In this document: in pieces, positions 49,222-59,283 of the stretch
Layout: the number at the start of each line of letters is the position of its first letter
Position numbering within the stretch: position 1 is the first letter of the stretch
Assembly: GCA_029247585.1 (NCBI GenBank)
Contig: JAQWKY010000080.1
Span: forward strand, 5,595-69,594
Source of the DNA: Flavobacteriales bacterium
GTDB lineage: Bacteria; Bacteroidota; Bacteroidia; Flavobacteriales; UBA7430
Reading direction: 5' to 3'
DNA length: 64,000 nucleotides
Made by a program: the position numbers and the translations under genes
The notes under the pieces: generated by a model
The model's input: the letters and a program-made list of their open reading frames with translations, nothing else
What the model was told of the DNA's origin: nothing
Databases searched by the model: none

Positions 49222-49369
49222 AGCTAAAGTAAAAGGAGTAAACAAGAATATAAGGTCTAATTTTTGTTCTTCTTGCAAGCAACTGTTTATCAAGGTGTGA
49301 AAGTGTACATTGTGCTTCATTCATCCGTTTACTAATGCTAAATAATGATTCTCAGGGGTATATTTATTG

Positions 49370-49377
49370 TATCTTTG
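49370..49377 (+). promoter_or_regulatory. Candidate -7 box for era.
   Basis: TATCTTTG, 8 nt upstream of ATG 49386. This argues against the longer track start at 49335. Confidence 0.4.
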
Positions 49378-49385
49378 CAGCCGAA

Positions 49386-50276
49386 ATGGAAGAAAACAAC
49401 TACAAGTCAGGTTTTGTAAACATCATTGGAAACCCCAATGTTGGGAAGTCCACCTTGATGAACAAACTCATTGGAGAGCGGCTCTCGATCATCACATCGA
49501 AAGCGCAAACCACTAGGCATAGGATTCTTGGGATTGTCAATGATGAAAACCATCAGATTGTGTTTTCAGACACCCCTGGAATCATTCAACCCAATTACAA
49601 CCTTCAGAGCAGCATGATGAAGTTTGTGCGTTCTGCATTTCAAGACGCCGATGTTTTCCTTTACATGGTGGAAATTGGGGAAAAATCGCTCAAAGACAAG
49701 AGCTTTTTTGAGCGACTGAAAAATACAGATGTCCCCATTTTACTGCTCATTAACAAAATTGACACCTCCAATCAGGAGGGCGTAGAAAATGCGGTAAAGC
49801 ATTGGCAAGAAGAGTTGCCGAAGGCAAAGATTATTCCCATTTCAGCTCTAGAAGGCTTTGGCGTAGAAAACATCATGAATGAAATTAAAGCGATGCTGCC
49901 CGAAGGCACGCCTTTCTTTCCCAAAGATGCCCTTACTGATAAGCCGGAACGCTTTTTTGTTTCCGAAATCATCCGAGAAAAAATCTTACTCAATTACCAA
50001 AAAGAGATTCCGTATTCGGTAGAAGTGGTTGTAGAATCCTTCAAGGAAGAAGAAGCCATCATTCGCATTGGCGCCATCATTAATGTGGCACGCGAAACAC
50101 AAAAAGGAATCATCATAGGGCATCAAGGCAAAGCCCTCAAAAAAGTAGGCACACAAGCTCGAAAAGATTTAGAGACTTTCTTTGGGAAGAAAGTATTTTT
50201 AGAATTGTTTGTAAAAGTAACGAAGAACTGGCGCGATAACGATCAAGATTTGAAGCGCTTCGGTTATTTCATATAA
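49386..50276 (+). CDS. era: GTPase Era.
   Basis: G1 [10 protein letters not shown]3 DTPG, G4 NKID and a C-terminal KH domain. I chose the start [10 protein letters not shown]; the track's 49335 start adds 17 unlikely residues and swallows the promoter box. Confidence 0.92.
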   Translation: MEENNYKSGFVNIIGNPNVGKSTLMNKLIGERLSIITSKAQTTRHRILGIVNDENHQIVFSDTPGIIQPNYNLQSSMMKFVRSAFQDADVFLYMVEIGEKSLKDKSFFERLKNTDVPILLLINKIDTSNQEGVENAVKHWQEELPKAKIIPISALEGFGVENIMNEIKAMLPEGTPFFPKDALTDKPERFFVSEIIREKILLNYQKEIPYSVEVVVESFKEEEAIIRIGAIINVARETQKGIIIGHQGKALKKVGTQARKDLETFFGKKVFLELFVKVTKNWRDNDQDLKRFGYFI

Positions 50277-50283
50277 AATTAAG

Positions 50284-51591
50284 ATGGGGAATATAGTAGC
50301 TATTGTAGGTCGTCCGAATGTTGGAAAATCAACTTTTTTCAACCGACTCACGCAACGTCGTCAGGCGATTGTAGATTCTGTTAGTGGCGTCACTCGTGAT
50401 CGACATTACGGGACTTCGGACTGGAATGGACGCGACTTTACCGTCATCGACACAGGAGGCTACGTAACGGGCTCTGAAGATGTTTTTGAAGGAGAGATTA
50501 GAAAGCAGGTCAAAATTGCCATGGAAGAAGCCGACTCCATCATTTTTGTGGTGGATGTAGAAACGGGAACTACGGATCTTGATTTGGACGTTGCCCATAT
50601 ACTTCGCAAAGCAAATAAACCGGTATTCATCGCAGTTAACAAGGTGGATAATGCCATGAGAATGGATGATGCCATGGAGTTTTACAACCTGGGCTTGGGA
50701 GAGTACTTCGCCATTTCGTCGATTAACGGAAGCGGTACGGGTGATTTACTGGATGCTCTAGTCAATTCATTCTCAAAAGAGGACGAAGAAGAAGCAGACG
50801 AGCTTCCCAAATTTGCCATCGTAGGAAGACCGAATGCAGGAAAATCCTCTTTGGTGAATGCTTTGATGGGGCAAAATAAAAACATCGTTACCGACATTGC
50901 CGGAACCACAAGAGATTCTATCGACACCCATTACAATCAATTCGGACACGAGTTTACGCTGGTGGATACCGCTGGGCTGAGAAAAAAGTCTAAGGTGCAT
51001 GAAAACCTTGAGTTTTACTCGGTCATGAGAACCATCAGAGCCATTGAACACAGTGACGTATGTATTGTGATGGTCGATGCAACTATTGGCTTCGATGCAC
51101 AAGACTTAAACATCTTTCATCTGGCCGAAAAAAACAACAAGGGAATTGTGGTCTTGGTAAACAAATGGGACTTGGTTGAAAACAAAGAAACCATGACCAT
51201 GGAGCATTACCGCAAGATGATTATCGCCAAAACGGCTCCATTTACAGACTATCCAATCATTTTCATCTCAGCCGAAACCAAACAACGAATCTTCAAAGCT
51301 GTAGAGATGGCTGTAGAAGTTTACAACCGAAAACAGACCAAGATTACAACCTCTGAATTGAACAATGTATTCTTGCCAATCACAGAGGCAACCCCACCTC
51401 CATCCTACAAAGGGAAATATGTGAAAATAAAATACATCACACAAATCCCAACGATGGTTCCGTCGTTTGCCTTCTTCTGTAACTTGCCGCAATACGTTAA
51501 AGACCCTTACAAGCGTTTCATCGAAAACAAACTTCGAGAAATGTACGACCTCAACGGAGTGCCTATTCGAATTTATTTCAGGAAAAAATAA
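50284..51591 (+). CDS. der: Ribosome-biogenesis GTPase Der (EngA).
   Basis: Two tandem GTPase domains (GRPNVGKST...DTGG...NKVD and GRPNAGKSS...DTAG...NKWD) plus a KH-like C-terminus. Confidence 0.95.
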   Translation: MGNIVAIVGRPNVGKSTFFNRLTQRRQAIVDSVSGVTRDRHYGTSDWNGRDFTVIDTGGYVTGSEDVFEGEIRKQVKIAMEEADSIIFVVDVETGTTDLDLDVAHILRKANKPVFIAVNKVDNAMRMDDAMEFYNLGLGEYFAISSINGSGTGDLLDALVNSFSKEDEEEADELPKFAIVGRPNAGKSSLVNALMGQNKNIVTDIAGTTRDSIDTHYNQFGHEFTLVDTAGLRKKSKVHENLEFYSVMRTIRAIEHSDVCIVMVDATIGFDAQDLNIFHLAEKNNKGIVVLVNKWDLVENKETMTMEHYRKMIIAKTAPFTDYPIIFISAETKQRIFKAVEMAVEVYNRKQTKITTSELNNVFLPITEATPPPSYKGKYVKIKYITQIPTMVPSFAFFCNLPQYVKDPYKRFIENKLREMYDLNGVPIRIYFRKK

Positions 51592-51652
51592 GATTCTATT
51601 TGTATATTTAAAGAGCCTCTCACCATCATGAAAGGCTTTAAGGTATACAAAT

Positions 51653-53260
51653 ATGAAGCAGCATTTGAGTCGGGAAGATATATCTGAAATCAGGAAAAGG
51701 TTATTCCTACACCTAGACGGTTGGGTGTTAATACCCACCTTGTACAACTTAAAAAAACTGAACATTCTTCAACTTTTCATCGATCAGGAAAAGTGGACCT
51801 TGGCTGCCCTAAATTCAAAAGTCGGCACCAATGAGGGCTATTTGAATGTAGCGCTAAGAATCCTCGCATCTCAGGGCTATCTTCTCAGAACAGTAGACAA
51901 TGAACTGGACAAGGTAAATCTTCAAATCACCACTCTCGGAGAAGAAGCCTTCAAAAAAGTAGAGCACTACCATGCCTTTTTCAAACTCATTGTAAACAAA
52001 ACCGTTCGGCCCAGAAACGTCATTTCAAAAGCGGCTGATACAGACGCTCTCGAAGCAGCCTTGATACAATTGGAATCCTTTAGAAAGCATAAGAAAAGTG
52101 AGCTTGATGAACGAATGACTTATCATATGGAAGGCCTGCTAATGGGATCCATATTGGTCGGTCTGGGAATCAACGAAAAGTTGGAAAACTTAGACAGCCA
52201 ATTAACCTTAAGCCCCGTATTATTTGAGATTACTCAGAAAACCTTCGACTGGTTTATGAGGATGCTTATCGCGGTTGAATATGCTTGCATATCATCGTCA
52301 AAACATCACCTTACCGCAAAAGGCATCTATCATATCAAAAGAGCCAGTTCCTATGGAGTAACGCTGTCTTACCTTCCTACTTTGTCTCAGTTACACACCT
52401 TACTCAAAGGTGATCCCCATGAAATTTGGAGAAAAAATGAAGAGGGACACGAAAGCCATATTTATCGATATATGAATGTATGGGGCAGCGGAGGGGCTCA
52501 CAGCAGTTATTTTAAAAAGGTAGATGAAATCATTATCGAGCTATTCAACAGGCCCATCGAACAGCAACCCAAAGGGATTATTGACGTAGGTTGTGGTGAC
52601 GGGACCTTTATAACTCACGTGTTTGAAATCATCTCCCAAAAAACCTTCAGAGGACAAATATTACACAAGCACCCACTGTTCATAATGGGCGTGGATTACA
52701 ATAAAAAAGCAAGAAATGCGACCCGAGAAAAACTCAAATCTAAAAACATTAAGGCACATGTTGGTTTTGGAGACATCAGTAGCCCGGAAGATCTGAACGA
52801 AATGCTTGTCGACCAGTACGACATTGAGTTGGCAGAATTGCTGAATACCCGAACCTTTTTAGATCACAATCGGATTTATCAAAAACCAGAAGCAACTTCC
52901 CTATCCTGTAAATCAGGTGGTGCATTTGCCTATAGAGGTCGAAGAATCCCCAACAATGAATTGTTTCAAAACCTTAGCAATCACCTAAAAAGTTGGGAAC
53001 CGTATGTGAAAAAATTTGGACTTCTCGTTGTTGAATTACATGCCATCAGCCCCACAGAGGCCGCTTCAAACGTGGGTAAAACCCTAGCTACTCCCTACGA
53101 AGGAACGCACGGATACAGCGACCAATACATCATTGAGCTACCTAGTTTCCTTAATGCTGCCAAACAAGCAGGCCTTGAACCGGTAAATGGATACTCTTTT
53201 AAAATTCCTGATGCACAAAAACCCAGCATTAGTATTCAACTTTTAAAAGGAACTTGTTGA
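51653..53260 (+). CDS. Class I SAM-dependent methyltransferase with a long (~300 aa) N-terminal extension resembling tandem winged-helix/dimerisation domains.
   Basis: SAM motif I IIDVGCGDGTF at about residue 310. The N-terminus LHLDGWVLIPTLYNLKKLNIL...LRILASQGYLLR resembles O-methyltransferase dimerisation/wHTH domains. Length 535 aa. Confidence 0.6.
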   Translation: MKQHLSREDISEIRKRLFLHLDGWVLIPTLYNLKKLNILQLFIDQEKWTLAALNSKVGTNEGYLNVALRILASQGYLLRTVDNELDKVNLQITTLGEEAFKKVEHYHAFFKLIVNKTVRPRNVISKAADTDALEAALIQLESFRKHKKSELDERMTYHMEGLLMGSILVGLGINEKLENLDSQLTLSPVLFEITQKTFDWFMRMLIAVEYACISSSKHHLTAKGIYHIKRASSYGVTLSYLPTLSQLHTLLKGDPHEIWRKNEEGHESHIYRYMNVWGSGGAHSSYFKKVDEIIIELFNRPIEQQPKGIIDVGCGDGTFITHVFEIISQKTFRGQILHKHPLFIMGVDYNKKARNATREKLKSKNIKAHVGFGDISSPEDLNEMLVDQYDIELAELLNTRTFLDHNRIYQKPEATSLSCKSGGAFAYRGRRIPNNELFQNLSNHLKSWEPYVKKFGLLVVELHAISPTEAASNVGKTLATPYEGTHGYSDQYIIELPSFLNAAKQAGLEPVNGYSFKIPDAQKPSISIQLLKGTC

Positions 53261-53354
53261 GGCAGTAGTTATTTTTAATCGTATATTGAAAATAGGAATC
53301 AACAAAACGTCAAAAAGAATACTGTTCTGACTAATATTTTGTAATTTCGTAATC

Positions 53355-54590
53355 TTGGACTTTAAGTTACTCATACTACCCCTATTTGTTGTTTCAACGG
53401 CTCTAGCGCAAGTTGAAACCTACTTAGTTCCCGACTTTAATTTCAGAACTTTTCTTTCAGAGAACTATCCTGAAGTTTTAATCGAAGACTCTTTATTGGA
53501 TATTAATGCGTCCAAATCAGTCACTGAAATAGATTGCTCGTCCAAACAAATTTCTAGCCTAGATGGTCTGCAGTACTTTGATAACTTGGAGTCCTTAAAC
53601 TGTAGCTACAACATGCTTACAGAACTTCTAAACATCCCTTCTAAACTGACCTATTTAAATACGAGCTACTGCGTTAATCTCGATACGATTGGCTTACTAC
53701 CGAACAGTTTAGCACACTTTGACTGTAGCTACAATCAAATTTCAGAACTACCCAACTTGCCCATAAATCTGGATAAACTTATATGCGCAGTTAACAAAAT
53801 CCAAGAAATTCATTATCTACCTCCAAACTTAACTCATATTGATTGTAGCTTTAACAATCTTGTGAAACTACCTGAACTTCCTAACAGCCTTGACATTTTA
53901 AATTGTAGTTACAATCAGCTTACTGCTTTACCGGACTTACCTCCTGAATTAGGATGGACCTACAACAATCCATTAAATATCTTTAACAACAACATAAGCT
54001 GTGTGGGACAATACTCCAACATCTTCGAAGAATTACTAAGTATTTACCCTACCTGCATCGACTCCAATAACCGAATTATTCAAAACTTTTCATTTCCAAA
54101 AGGTTGGTCTATATTCTCCATCAATGGGTTGAGTTCAGAGCAGAGTCTATCTGAAATTCTTGATCCGATAACTTCTGAGCTTGTTATGGCAAAAGACAAT
54201 GACGGTTCGGTGTATTATACGGAGTGGGATTACAACGGGGTCGGAGATATTTCATTAGGTGAAGCGTATCACATCAAAACAACTTCAGAAACTTCCCTAA
54301 CATTGGATCTAGAGTACATCCAACCGGAATCTTACCCGATCAGTTTATCCAAAGGATGGAATCTAGTTGGCTATCTCCGAAACACTCCGGCACCTGCTGA
54401 TTTAGTCCTAGGAGAACTCATTGAAAACGGCAATCTACTCATCGCTAAAGATTATTCCGGTGCAGTTGTCCTTCCTTCTTGGGATTTCAATGGTATCGGG
54501 AATATGGAAGTAGGAAAAGGTTACCAAGTAAAGGTTCAAGAAAACTCTTTGCTACACTTTCTACCAAATGAAGTTAATTACAAACCATAA
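53355..54590 (+). CDS. Secreted leucine-rich-repeat protein (LPX-type bacterial LRR) with two C-terminal 'GWN...FNGIG' modules (TTG start).
   Basis: Signal peptide MDFKLLILPLFVVSTALAQ. About 7 repeats of the form LPxxLxxLxCSYNxLTxLPxLP. Then KGWSIFSI...DYNGVGDISLGEAYHIK and KGWNLVGY...DFNGIGNMEVGKGYQVK. Confidence 0.75.
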   Translation: MDFKLLILPLFVVSTALAQVETYLVPDFNFRTFLSENYPEVLIEDSLLDINASKSVTEIDCSSKQISSLDGLQYFDNLESLNCSYNMLTELLNIPSKLTYLNTSYCVNLDTIGLLPNSLAHFDCSYNQISELPNLPINLDKLICAVNKIQEIHYLPPNLTHIDCSFNNLVKLPELPNSLDILNCSYNQLTALPDLPPELGWTYNNPLNIFNNNISCVGQYSNIFEELLSIYPTCIDSNNRIIQNFSFPKGWSIFSINGLSSEQSLSEILDPITSELVMAKDNDGSVYYTEWDYNGVGDISLGEAYHIKTTSETSLTLDLEYIQPESYPISLSKGWNLVGYLRNTPAPADLVLGELIENGNLLIAKDYSGAVVLPSWDFNGIGNMEVGKGYQVKVQENSLLHFLPNEVNYKP

Positions 54591-54659
54591 AGCACAAATC
54601 TACCGATTGGTTTTAATGGGCTTTTTTTTGTAGATTTAAGAACAAAATCACCCCCCACT

Positions 54660-56246
54660 ATGAAACATTTACGTTTAGTATTCCTTGCAAGTTGTATTGT
54701 TGCGGCGCTTTCTGCCGAAGGGATTCAAGAAAATCAATTCTATGCACCCGTTAACACAGGCTCTAATATGACCCTAGGCTTTAACTCCGATGACTTAGAT
54801 GATTTTATCGGAGATTTAATCGGAGCCTTTAACTCGGAGGGAACCTGTATTGGACTGGAGTCCATCAAAGATGAATTTTTCACCATGGCACTTTGGGGAA
54901 ATGATCAGGGAACTCAAGCCTTAGATGGGCTTACAGATGGAGAATCTCCAACTTTCGCAATACTTAAAAATAATGGAACTGTAGTTTCTGTAGCCTCAGT
55001 AAATAATTATTCGGGTTATGAAACAAATGCTTTAGTTGTGGCTACTTCCATGGCTCTTTCAGGATGTACTTCAGCATCTTACTTAGAATACCACACACAA
55101 GGTTATGTAGCTGATGTAGACGATGGATCTTGTACGACCAAAACCTACACCTTGGATGTGACGCCTGAATTATTTCAACCCATTACTTTTACGGATAACA
55201 ATATGATTATCGGGTTAAACGACCAAACCATCAACCTTTTTGAAGGCGGGAGTATTGGAGCATTTATGGATTTAGACGGAGACGGGACATTAGACTGCAT
55301 CAGCTCAGCGGAAATTCCGGGAACGGATAATGGTTCAGATGGTTTTTTCACCATAAGCTTATGGGGAGACGATCAACTCACAGATGAAGCTGATGGTCTT
55401 GTAGATGGACAAACACCAATATTTGCTATCCTTACACAAACCAATCATGTCCTTGCATTTGAATCGGCAACAGAATTTCAAGGCTATGCCGTAAACGCCT
55501 TCATTACTTTTAACGAAATCATCTTTGATTTGACCATATACGGATGTATGGACTCCAACTATTGTAATTACAATCCAGATGCTGAAGAAGATGATGGTTC
55601 TTGTGAGGGTATTCCAGGCTGTATTGACGATCACTTTGTCGAATACAATGAAAATGCATCCTGTACCCTAGAAGGGGCATGTACAACCCTATGGAAAGAT
55701 GCTTATCAGCAAGCAAGCAATGAAGTTTCTACCCTGTCCTCTGAAAACCTTTTAAACCTCTCAAAGATTAGCCAATTGGAAGATTCTATCGCTAATTTTT
55801 CATCTCCGATTTCAATCGACATTGTGGAAGGATGGAACATCATTGGGTTTACTTTAGATCAAGCGCAAGATGCAGTAGCGACTTTCGAAGGAATTGTGGA
55901 TCGCATTGAAATTGTTAAAAATAATGATGCAAAAGTTTATTGGCCTGAATTTGGATTTAATGGGATCGGAAATCTTATTCCCGGACAAGGTTATCAGATT
56001 AAGGTAAGCGAGTCGATTGGCGGATTCATGTATCCAAAAATAGCGGCAGGACAGCGAATTGCACTTCATCCTTCGGTTCCTCAGTGGGTCATCGATATGC
56101 CTGTTGAGATGCATCCAAACGACATCAAGTCTTTGGTCAAAGTTGTAAATCTTTTGGGACAAGAAGTTGACGTCAACGAAACACCAAAAGGGTCCACACT
56201 CATTTATCTCTATAATGATGGAACGGTGAAAAAAGAACTACGATAA
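54660..56246 (+). CDS. Secreted multi-module protein: two TGxNMT...WGDD modules, three two-Cys repeats, one GWN...FNGIG module and a probable T9SS C-terminal domain.
   Basis: Signal peptide. VNTGSNMTLGF...IGAFNSEGTCIG...ALWGNDQGTQALDGLTDGESPTF. A second copy with SLWGDDQLTDEADGLVDGQTPIF. Cys repeats GCTSASYLEYHTQGYVADVDDGSC and GCMDSNYCNYNPDAEEDDGSC. EGWNIIGF...GFNGIGNLIPGQGYQIK. C-terminal VKVVNLLGQEV...GSTLIYLYNDGTVKK. Confidence 0.75.
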   Translation: MKHLRLVFLASCIVAALSAEGIQENQFYAPVNTGSNMTLGFNSDDLDDFIGDLIGAFNSEGTCIGLESIKDEFFTMALWGNDQGTQALDGLTDGESPTFAILKNNGTVVSVASVNNYSGYETNALVVATSMALSGCTSASYLEYHTQGYVADVDDGSCTTKTYTLDVTPELFQPITFTDNNMIIGLNDQTINLFEGGSIGAFMDLDGDGTLDCISSAEIPGTDNGSDGFFTISLWGDDQLTDEADGLVDGQTPIFAILTQTNHVLAFESATEFQGYAVNAFITFNEIIFDLTIYGCMDSNYCNYNPDAEEDDGSCEGIPGCIDDHFVEYNENASCTLEGACTTLWKDAYQQASNEVSTLSSENLLNLSKISQLEDSIANFSSPISIDIVEGWNIIGFTLDQAQDAVATFEGIVDRIEIVKNNDAKVYWPEFGFNGIGNLIPGQGYQIKVSESIGGFMYPKIAAGQRIALHPSVPQWVIDMPVEMHPNDIKSLVKVVNLLGQEVDVNETPKGSTLIYLYNDGTVKKELR

Positions 56247-56250
56247 AAAA

Positions 56251-56270
56251 AAGCGCTCATATGAGCGCTT
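56251..56270. terminator. Bidirectional rho-independent terminator between convergent genes.
   Basis: aagcgctcat/atgagcgctt form a perfect 10-bp stem, flanked by an A-run and a run of 10 T. Confidence 0.85.
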
Positions 56271-56287
56271 TTTTTTTTGTATTTAAA

Positions 56288-58219
56288 TCAACGCTTGGAC
56301 AGCAAGCGATCCATTTGAGTCTGGTATTGTTCCCAATCTAGCATAGCTTGGTCTAAATCGTCTTTGGACTTTTGATAATGGGTGAAAAAATCAACGTCCG
56401 AAATCAAGGCTTCGCTCTTTTCAGGATTTGCTAAATCAATATCGCACTGGGCAATAAACTTTTCTAAATCGTCTATTTTTCGTTCCGCTTTGGAGAGTAA
56501 ATTGTTTACTTTTTTTATTTCTTTCTCATGCGCCTTCCGATCCTCCTTACCCAACTGAACTTTAACGGGTTTTTCAGCAGCTTGAGAGCGCTTTTCAATC
56601 TCACGCATAGACTCAGCTTTTCTAAAGCTTAAGTAATCGTTAATATCACCCAAATGGGTTTTGATCTGTCCGTCTCTAAACTCAACAATTTTTGTGGAAA
56701 GCCCTGCGAGAAAATCTCTGTCGTGAGAGACAATAACCAAAGTCCCTCGATAGGACTTCAGAGCACTCTTTAACACTTCTTTTGAGATAATATCTAAATG
56801 ATTGGTAGGCTCATCGAGAATCAAAAAATTTGAAGACTGCAATAACATTTTACAAAGAGCTAATCTCGATCGTTCTCCTCCGGAAAGCACTTTCACCTTT
56901 TTCTCTACGTCATCACCACTAAAAAGGAATGATCCTAACATATCTCTCGATCGGGGTCGCAACTTATCATCGGCAACTTCCTCAATAACATCAAGAACTC
57001 TTTTTTCAGGATCTAATAATTCGGCTTGATTTTGAGCAAAATAACTCATCTCAACATTGTGTCCGGGATTCACCATCCCCTGATAAGATTCCGAACCTGT
57101 AATGCATTTAATTAGGGTTGTTTTACCTTGACCATTCTGACCCACAAAAGACAATCGATCGCCACGATCGATTTGAAAATCTAGATTTTGAATCACCTTT
57201 TTTTCACCGTAAGATTTCGACAAGCAATCAATCTCTAAAATTACTTTTCCCGGAGAGGTGGCTTCAGGGAATGAGAAATTCATTTTTTTAAGATCTGTAG
57301 CATCTACTTCCACACGATCCATCTTATCCAATTTCTTAATCAAACTCTGGGCAAAAGCCGCTTTACTCGCTTTGTACCTAAACTTATCTATCAGCTCTTC
57401 GGTTTGCTTAATCTCCTTATCTTGATTCTTCTTCACCGCTAATTGTTGCTCCAAACGTTCCTGACGCAATTGCAAATACTTCGTGTAAGGCGCTTTGTAA
57501 TCGTAAGCTTTACGGTTTGCTATTTCTAAGGTTCTGTTCGTTACCTGATCGAGAAAAGCCCTGTCGTGAGAAACCAATATAACAGCTCCTGCATAACTTT
57601 TTAAAAAGTTCTCCAGCCAAACAATAGACTCAATGTCAAGATGATTGGTCGGCTCATCCAAAAGCAATACGTCGGGGTTGCTTAACAAAACCTTAGCCAA
57701 TTCAATACGCATGCGCCATCCTCCACTAAAGGTATCAGTAAGCTTCATTAGGTCTTCTGATTTAAAACCCAAACCAAAAAGTACCTTTTCAATATGAGCA
57801 TGGAATGTATAACCACCAATTACATTTAATTCGTGCTCTAATTCACTACACTTGTTTATGATCTCAAGGTATTCCTCCGATTCATAATCCGTTCTGTTTA
57901 CGAGTTCTTCCTGAATAAAATTAAGTTCTTTTTGAACCTGTTTGATCCGCTCAAAAGCCTTTTCTGCCTCTTCAAGAACCGTATTACCCTTCACGAAGTC
58001 GATGTCTTGAGATAAATAACCTACGCGCATCTCTTTTTGAAGATTCACAGAGCCGGAATCGAATCCATGATTCGAATGTATAATTTTCAACAAGGTCGAT
58101 TTACCAGCCCCATTTTTTCCGACAAGGCCTATTCGATCACCCTTATTTACCATAAAGCTCATATCGGCAAATAATACCTCACCTCCAAATTGCACACTTA
58201 TATCCTGAATTGCTAACAT
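56288..58219 (-). CDS. ABC-F family ATPase (two ABC domains, no TM region, C-terminal coiled coil).
   Basis: Walker A GKNGAGKST and GQNGQGKTT. Signatures FSGGWRMR and LSGGERSR. An inter-domain linker and a charged C-terminal extension. Confidence 0.9.
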   Translation of the reverse strand: MLAIQDISVQFGGEVLFADMSFMVNKGDRIGLVGKNGAGKSTLLKIIHSNHGFDSGSVNLQKEMRVGYLSQDIDFVKGNTVLEEAEKAFERIKQVQKELNFIQEELVNRTDYESEEYLEIINKCSELEHELNVIGGYTFHAHIEKVLFGLGFKSEDLMKLTDTFSGGWRMRIELAKVLLSNPDVLLLDEPTNHLDIESIVWLENFLKSYAGAVILVSHDRAFLDQVTNRTLEIANRKAYDYKAPYTKYLQLRQERLEQQLAVKKNQDKEIKQTEELIDKFRYKASKAAFAQSLIKKLDKMDRVEVDATDLKKMNFSFPEATSPGKVILEIDCLSKSYGEKKVIQNLDFQIDRGDRLSFVGQNGQGKTTLIKCITGSESYQGMVNPGHNVEMSYFAQNQAELLDPEKRVLDVIEEVADDKLRPRSRDMLGSFLFSGDDVEKKVKVLSGGERSRLALCKMLLQSSNFLILDEPTNHLDIISKEVLKSALKSYRGTLVIVSHDRDFLAGLSTKIVEFRDGQIKTHLGDINDYLSFRKAESMREIEKRSQAAEKPVKVQLGKEDRKAHEKEIKKVNNLLSKAERKIDDLEKFIAQCDIDLANPEKSEALISDVDFFTHYQKSKDDLDQAMLDWEQYQTQMDRLLSKR

Positions 58220-59274
58220 GGCATCTCGTTTTCGTAACGTTTAATATCTATTTCTGGGTCTAATGAAATCCCCTGTTCCATAAAGTCAATAAGTTGTAAA
58301 GATAAGTAGGGAGAAATTAATAAGCCACGTGTTCCAAGACCATTAAACACGATTACATTGTCGTGATTAGGATGCGCCCCAAGCAGTGCTCTTCGATCCT
58401 TTACGGTTGGCCTTAATCCCGCCTCCTGTTTTAGCACCTCAGGACTAAGGTTTACCAATTCTTTTAACTTAGCTAAAAGCTCTTCTTTTGCTTGAACTGT
58501 ACAGACCTCATCTTTATCGTCCCAATTAAAAGTCGCTCCCACCTTGTACACATCATCACCTAAAGGAAGAATTGAAATATTACTTTTTATCAGTTCTCTG
58601 ACCTGCAAGCCTTTTAATTTTACCGTGATCAACTCTCCCTTTGTTCGCATTAAAGGTAAATAGTTGAAAAAAGGATTATCCGTTAATCTGTGTCCTTCAC
58701 AAAAGACTATTTTGTCTGCTGAAACAGATTTGTACACCACAGAAGTTGAAGAAATTTCTAAAGCATTGTAATCAAACGCTTCGTTTAAAAAACAAGCTTC
58801 ATTTTCAAGTTGTTCCTTTAAGAGGGAGATCATTTTTGAAAGCTGAACCCGTCCGGAATTTGTCACTTCTCCAAAACCAAATTCTGCCCTAATATCTTTA
58901 TAGGGATTCGAAATAAAAGAAGGATTCATAAAAGGGCTAAGCCGAACCTTCTCCGATTTCTCAAGCCATAAATTTTGCTCTTGAACCGAATGGAATTTTC
59001 GCCATAACTTTAAGGGTGTATGAATCGATTCATTAAAAGTTTCTTCGAAGTTTTCAATAAAACAACACAAGGGTTCCAGCTGTTCTTCAACTTTCCAACA
59101 GGGTGTAAATCGTTTTAAAACCATCGGATTATAGGCTCCAGGAGCAATTTTAGAAGATGTACTCTCTCTGTGCTTGTCGATCACGAAAACATTTTTGCCT
59201 TTTAATCGAAGCTGAAAAGCCAAAACAGTCCCTGCCAAACCTTGTCCTACAATAATATAATCAAACTGTTTCAT
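58213..59274 (-). CDS. FAD-dependent oxidoreductase (DAO/glycine-oxidase-like).
   Basis: The N-terminal dinucleotide fold MKQFDYIIVGQGLAGTVLA begins at ATG 59274. The track start 59292 is a TTG inside a terminator hairpin, so I rejected it. Overlaps the ABC-F start by 7 nt. Confidence 0.8.
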   Translation of the reverse strand: MKQFDYIIVGQGLAGTVLAFQLRLKGKNVFVIDKHRESTSSKIAPGAYNPMVLKRFTPCWKVEEQLEPLCCFIENFEETFNESIHTPLKLWRKFHSVQEQNLWLEKSEKVRLSPFMNPSFISNPYKDIRAEFGFGEVTNSGRVQLSKMISLLKEQLENEACFLNEAFDYNALEISSTSVVYKSVSADKIVFCEGHRLTDNPFFNYLPLMRTKGELITVKLKGLQVRELIKSNISILPLGDDVYKVGATFNWDDKDEVCTVQAKEELLAKLKELVNLSPEVLKQEAGLRPTVKDRRALLGAHPNHDNVIVFNGLGTRGLLISPYLSLQLIDFMEQGISLDPEIDIKRYENEMPC

Positions 59275-59283
59275 AAGAAAAAA

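Noticed and set aside
49335-49385. The longer track start for era (MLNNDSQGYIYCIFAAE...).
   Set aside because: The extension would include the TATCTTTG promoter box, and Era proteins normally begin a few residues before the G1 motif. ATG 49386 is preferred.
51268-51765. 165-aa minus-strand ORF.
   Set aside because: It is antisense to the 3' end of der and the start of the methyltransferase gene, has no recognisable motifs, and both sense genes are strongly supported.
54591-54659. Possible terminator after the LRR gene (aaatctac...gtagattt flanking gggctttttttt).
   Set aside because: The stem arms are separated by a 26-nt loop and the T-run sits inside the loop. It is not a convincing intrinsic terminator.
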